From Asterionella formosa (lineage: Eukaryota): a DNA stretch of 64,000 bases. The notes beneath the pieces are model-generated. The model did no database searches and was not told the DNA's origin. It saw only the letters and a program-made list of their open reading frames with translations. The DNA is taken from NCBI GenBank assembly GCA_002256025.1, contig NKIB01011400.1, positions 1-64,000 of the forward strand. The letters are read 5' to 3'. Shown here piece after piece: positions 58,085 through 64,000 of the stretch. A program made the translations under genes and the position numbers. Within the stretch, counting starts at the first letter, position 1. Every line of letters begins with the position of its first letter.

Positions 58085-59334
58085 TCACAAACAACCTATC
58101 GTCGTGCCATTCGCTTACCTACTGCCCACTCATCGAGTGTAAATATCAATTTTAGTAGCTCGCTATAGCCCATCATATAAAATATATTTCGTTTATTTCC
58201 TATCTTCACATCGACATTTGCAATGGGTCCGATATTGCCCATCATTAAAATATATTTTTTATATTTTCTATCTTCGCATTTTGGAATTACAATTTGTAGC
58301 AATTGCCCCTCGGTTGTGCAGCCCTGGGATTGCCGAAATTGGCAAGAAGGCTACTTAAGGAAACCATTTTATATACTCTTCAGATTTTAATAATTTTTAT
58401 CTAGAATTCACCTCATTTTTGTTCGTCTCCTGAAAAGTGGACTCCGGCAATTCACCTTTCACCATGCCGATCATTGTCCATCATCATTACCGGTTTGAAG
58501 CGAAATCAGTTCAGGGATGACGCCAGTAGCGATTCTTTGTCTAACGGATGCGTTTGGTTGTTGGATTGCTTGTCTTCTCGAGGGATTCATGTAGTCGCAT
58601 CGTCCATATTTCGTCGGACGAGCGATGATAGCGATACATTTGATGTTGGTGGCAAGTTTTTGCTCTGGTCATGCATGTGATGATGCTTTACGGAAATTCT
58701 TCCGGTAGTCATCTAGCCTACATACGTACGTGGTACTGAAAACAACCAAGCATGGTTTAAGCTAAACTTTAACGCTTACTTTGACACGTTATAATATTAT
58801 CGCTGTAGACTCGGTATTATCTTTAAGAGACCAGAATGTTAAATTGGATCGTTCAAGTATTGATTGATTTTACGTACCGAATGACCGATTTCGTCCTCAC
58901 AATTATAATTCTCACTCTATCCTGCCTGCCGTTGCTCAATTTGGGCTTGCAACAGGAACTTTCGACTTTTTTATGAGCCCATCGTCTGCTGTGTGTTACG
59001 CGTGTTAGAGCGGATCGGTGAGTACAACAGTGAAAAACTGAATGTGATCGTAGATACAAAATTGTCGAAGTTCCGATTTGATTGCTTCCATCGTCGTTGT
59101 CGTTCCACACTGTCATTTTTTGTTTCGATTGTATCTATCTACATAAGAGCCAATGTATTTATCGATGACTACTCTTTGACGACATATTGTTGTTGATCGT
59201 ATTTGTTCATGTGTATAGTTGTTTACCATGATGTCAATCTTGCCTCAAAGCAATACTTTTCTTGTACTAACGCACTTTGCTACATTTATACTACGAGTTC
59301 GTATCACAAGCTACATAAATACTCGAAGATTGGT

Positions 59335-59640
59335 AGCAGCTTCACTTTTGATGAAGCCCACTTTACCTCTTCCAAACGCCCTCCTGGGCCTCAATTTCTC
59401 TTTGACCTTCTTGGTCTCCACCAATCTACTATCCTGGAGCCCCATACTGAGCCATTGTCCACAACCATTGCTGCTGTTGCCCCTGAACCACCCTTTCTTA
59501 TGTGTGCACCTATGATTCCTCCACTCCGTGCAGGTGCTTTTCCCCTAGTACCCTTTGGTAAAAACTTCACACCTCCTCCTTCCAATGCCTTCCTTCTTCC
59601 TTCTCCTGCTGGTGATCATCCTACTCAGCTAGAGAGAGTC
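59335..59640 (+). pseudogene. Probable copia-type retrotransposon fragment (post-integrase region)
   Basis: FDEAHFTSSKRPPGPQFLFDLLG followed by a Pro-rich linker resembles the region after the integrase of copia elements. Recognised by eye. Confidence 0.4.
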
Positions 59641-60054
59641 AATAGTGCTGGTGCAGCGTGCTGTCGATCACGTTTGCTCAGAATGGAATGATCAGGGTTG
59701 CTTGTTTGGTGGCCGGAGGAATGATGACTGTGGCGAAAATACGACTGCTAATGGTGTCAGGCTACTACAGCGATGCGCATGGTTGCAGCAACCAGACCAT
59801 TTACACTACATAACGACGCAGGTCTAAATTGGGTTCAGCATTTTTTCTTCTTCTTTCGGTCTTCGATTGTGTGGTGATGGAAAGTCAAGCAATGTTGCCT
59901 GTGTAAGTACTACTACAATGATTCACAATGCATGCGTCTCCATTGAAACTCCTATTTTTTACTTCATTTCTATCCCAAAACAATTTTTTCTATTTCTTAT
60001 TTGATGCAGCTTATTACATCGCATTTCATACTTTGGTTGCTCCAAACATGGCAG

Positions 60055-60245
60055 TATAGCCACGGAGGGTGGCTTCGGGGTTGGTTGCACAATAATTGAA
60101 AAGTTGCGTAATGGCAGTTAATGTGGCCATAGTTGCTGGGGGTGGCTTGTTGTATGGCCAATGTACCGAGGGGGGCAGCATAGTGCAATCAATAGCACGG
60201 GCATAATAGAGGAGGGTACCAAGAACTTCCTGCACACGTGCGTTT
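60055..60245 (-). pseudogene. Ty1/copia reverse transcriptase C-terminal fragment
   Basis: VQEVLGTLLYYARAIDCTML..LGTLAIQQA...ITQLFNYCATNPEATLR, assembled across frameshifts, matches the copia GxLLYYARAVD / QLLxY.ATHP.A region. Confidence 0.75.
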
Positions 60246-62472
60246 TTTATCAAGGAGGTAGAGGACAGATGTGACATCCTCGGGAATGACAAATTGCTGG
60301 CGCACGCCATATTGCGGTCTATTCCAGGCAAGATTTCAGGGTACTGTTTAATAAAAATTTTCCACGGATGATACTTAGGAAAGTGTAGGCCTCTGTGCTG
60401 CCATGAATTGAATCACCAACATGCATGTGTGCCATGCATAAGACACTTTCCTTGCCTCTCACCTTGTGCTTGTATGAGCTAACTGGACCCAGTAAATATT
60501 GATCATGAGTCTTGATTCCTGTTCAGAAAAAACTGAGTGGAGTGAGTAATTGGAGGAAAGACCAGCAGTATTGTTTGGATGAAAGATCAGTAGCCCAAAC
60601 AATAAAATCGGATTTACTGTATTTTCCGTAAAGTTGGTTTTGATTAAACCAACTGAGACAGAGAATAAGCTCACAGATAAAATCCATATCCACACATTTT
60701 CATTGGAAATAGTAAACTTACTCAAAACCGTACAAATGAAATGATTCAATATCAATTGGAAGTAACGCATACGATAAATGCACATATCTCCAAATGTACT
60801 GTCAAAGTAAACCTTCCGTTCCTTAGTACTTCTTGAAGATAGAAAATCAGTTTGTCTATGAGAAAGGTCTTCAACACCATTCAATCCTTCAATTCGGTAG
60901 TTTCGTCCTTAATGGCAAGAGCAATTTCAGGATAGCGTTTCATCAAGAAGGTGAGGCACAATCTTACAAACCAATTACTGCATGGACTTCTTGATATTCC
61001 AAAACTACTTGGTGCACATGTTTGAGCAGGATGTTTGTAAGACTGTAAGGATCATGAAAGTCATCATGCTGAATAACTTCATCGAAAACAAGGTTATTCA
61101 AGGAGAATTTATGTGTATAGGAATCTTACCTGCATGTTACAAAATTTTCTAGTATGAAATAATTCACCAACTACTTCGGTTACATGAGAGGATGTTATCG
61201 ATGCAACGATATCCTTTCGTATTGGTATAGACAGTAGTGGCAAGGCTGGAATCACGGTATAAACTAATAGAAGAGATGTTCAGCGCAATTTTGCGTTCCA
61301 AGAGGGCATTCTTATTATGAAGTTGTTGAACATTGAACAACAATGCACGGAAAATGATGCTTCTGTTTAATCAATGTCTCATGACTAGCTACTAAAGACG
61401 GAATTGTGCAATATACTTGTTTCGTTCGTCATCTGATGCAAGATGTAACTCTATAATATTTGTCTTCGGATTATCGGTGACTGGTGCATCCTCATTTCTT
61501 CCTTGAATGATGGTTGGATAGAAAGGCGGCATCTTCATGCTACCATGAGTCGACAGAAATGAAATAACATCTTCGTCAGAATCTGGTTCTTGGTGATGAG
61601 GGCGTTCCCTTTCTGCAGATGATTTATTATGAGCATAGTTTTCATATGCATGACTTGCATTGTCAGACAGTTTCGTTAACAATGTAACCTACTGTATTTT
61701 GTCTTTGACATGACTGGTAAGCTTTTTTCCCAGAATTGTCATCATGATTGCTGTTTCATAGTAGCCTACTAGCTCTTTTGAGATTTGTTCTCACCAAAAC
61801 GTTTACCAGTTCGTTTTGTTTCCTTTTTTGACATGATGATAACGAAGTAGGAGTAGAATGAATGTAGATGTTTCAAAATCAAAGCTTGAAACTATATCTA
61901 CCGGTACCGGTATATTACTTCCATTTCTGGCTGCCAACAATAAAAGTTACCGGGTAGTAGGTGTGTTAGCTAGCTAGGTCTTGTACTAAAATTATTAATG
62001 GATCATTCATTTACGTTTCTTACTTCGAAGATGTAATCTGATTACATAACAATATAGATATGTTATGTCTCGATTATGATCAAACTCATATCATGTCAAT
62101 ATTGATCATTCATTCTATTACCGGTATATCTTGAATACTGGTGACGTACTACTGTACTGTCCATATCATGTAAGTACCAGTATACATTATGTACCGGTGG
62201 TACTACCAATGACACTTATTTATGTACTATTCCTTACCAGGGATAGGTTTTTCCAAGTCTTGAAAAGTTTATCTTTCATTCATACTTTTATGATATTGAA
62301 TGTTCCTTTGAAATAGGTTATTGACATTCATAAATTTAAATGATTCATAAATTAAGTTTTGGAAATTTTTATAAATGATTGCGAAATTGATAAAAGTACC
62401 CATATTTCACACAACCTGATGATGAAATGAAGATCGACAGCCTCCTATCGAACTAACCTGAAAGCGCAGGCT

Positions 62473-62676
62473 AGAATGATGATTGATACCCTGTCACCTA
62501 TCAATCAACCATGAAAGCAGATGTAAGTTAGCTATATGGTGCTCTTTACCTGGTGTTCATATTTCATTAATGATTGATATGTACTACAAAGGAATTCGAC
62601 ATTAATAAAATCTCTCGTCCCTACCTGCAGATGCGAGAATGAAGATTGATACCCTGTCACCTATCAATCAACCATG
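62473..62676 (+). repeat. Pair of 41 bp direct repeats, each containing a hairpin
   Basis: AGAATGA(T/A)GATTGATACCCTGTCACCTATCAATCAACCATG at 62473 and 62636. Internal stem GATTGATA/TATCAATC with a 10 nt loop. Confidence 0.8.
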
Positions 62677-64000
62677 GTAAAATATCAATCTATTTCAACA
62701 TATTTTGAACCTTCACTTTGATTAGAATTACAAATATGTTGAGATACAAGATATACTATGATGAAAATTTTGATAACAATTATATGGTGTGCTGTGTATT
62801 ATTAGCATGCTTGACATGATCTTATAATAAATTTCACTTTTAAAGCGCCTTATTGCTTGCTCCTCTATTATCAGTAGGGGAGCCTTCATGGCGCTTCCTG
62901 GCGTACCAAGAAGCCTGGGTTTTGTTGAAATGAGAAAAAAACCCTAACCCGCCTGGTATCAACAACCCAACATATGTGGTGACTCGTCTAGGTACTTGTA
63001 TGCAGGGAGGTGGTGGTGGATACACTCTCTCTAGGGGAAGTCGGGGAAGTACTTACTTGGGTGTGCTGTATTTTTCACCAGCAGTCTCCTGGTTTGACAT
63101 GATCGTATAGTATATATAGTATGCATTTATCATACATATAAAGGAATACGTATCATGTGGCGAAAATTTCTTTGCCAGTTAGTTGCGTTGTAGCTACAAT
63201 ACCTGTGATCTTATAAATGTGATACTTTCAATTTGCAGATGCAGGTTAGCCGCTTAGCATGTTGCAACAACTAGTATAGTTGAAATCCAGCAGAGGGAGT
63301 ACTTTGAAGGAAACAATAGTACAAAATGACTTCAACTTGTTAGGTAGGAGTGCTACTTGCTTCTTGGCTTTCATAACTCGAGTCAAAACAGGCAATCATG
63401 GTTCTGCATTTGAAAATCGAAAATGCAGAAAACTAAACAATATTTACTTTCCCTAAAGGCCAGGAGCGAGCACTGCCTGAGCCTGCAGCTTGATAATTGC
63501 GCCACAACTTGCAAGCTTGCAAGTTGCAGATTCGATGATTGAAATAGATCTCAGGCCAAGGATATCTATCACCATTGCAAATGTCATTGTTGGCATTGCT
63601 CGTTTTGGTGTTGATTGTTGTTCCATCATGGTGACTGGTATGAATACAATTACAGGTTTAAATACATGAACAAATAGCTAGAATACACTTGAATGCTGTT
63701 TTTTTTCTGTAGACAAATATTTGGGAGTGTTGTGCCAGATGTACAAAGGTGTACAGGCATACCGGTACCGGTAGATGAGGGGATACGAGACACCCGGTTT
63801 TACCGTAGTCGCTGAGCGTGTTGCAACTATTCCGGATCTGCCAGAGGGATTATTTGATAGAGGTCATCTCGATCATTCATACAACTTCCATTACGCCGTT
63901 CCAACGTTAATTGCACGCCTAAAGACCCTCCTTGTTCAGGCAGTCCTGTGGCCAGTCCAGTCGTCTCCGTCGCCCGCATCTGTTCTCTCGCCTCGGCCAT

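Noticed and set aside
62473..62676. CRISPR-like repeat-spacer-repeat
   Set aside because: Only two repeats, a 122 bp spacer, no cas genes and a eukaryotic context.
62938..62952. AACCCTAACCC telomere-like word
   Set aside because: Fewer than two full units, as expected by chance.

Overview
Eukaryotic nuclear DNA, most likely from a diatom. This is inferred from short GT-AG introns, bipartite signal+plastid presequences with Phe after the predicted cleavage site, and Ty1/copia remnants resembling diatom elements. A gene-dense core (about 5-49.7 kb) holds 13 genes: a TrhO/TSTD2-like rhodanese protein, a TrmA-like tRNA methyltransferase, an ankyrin-repeat HDAC, a CENP-E-like kinesin, two tandem class-3 lipases, a DUF1295 protein, a giant Uso1/p115, eIF3c, a P5C-reductase-like protein, a hypothetical protein, a TPR protein and exportin-T. 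Both ends (1-4.9 kb and 49.7-64 kb) are transposon graveyards; the right end holds a decayed copia element interrupted by a nested opposite-strand LTR whose junction was amplified as a 3 x ~414 bp tandem array. Non-coding highlights: (1) a ~200 bp fold-back at 57.9-58.1 kb whose arms pair through regularly spaced CGAG/CGAG tandem G.A mismatches, so it should fold well on one strand only; (2) an 85-90 bp TIR (MITE-like) family present three times; (3) ACCGGT/GGTACC motif clusters in all five head-to-head promoter spacers. No tRNA, rRNA or CRISPR array was recognised. All calls were made by eye without database searches.
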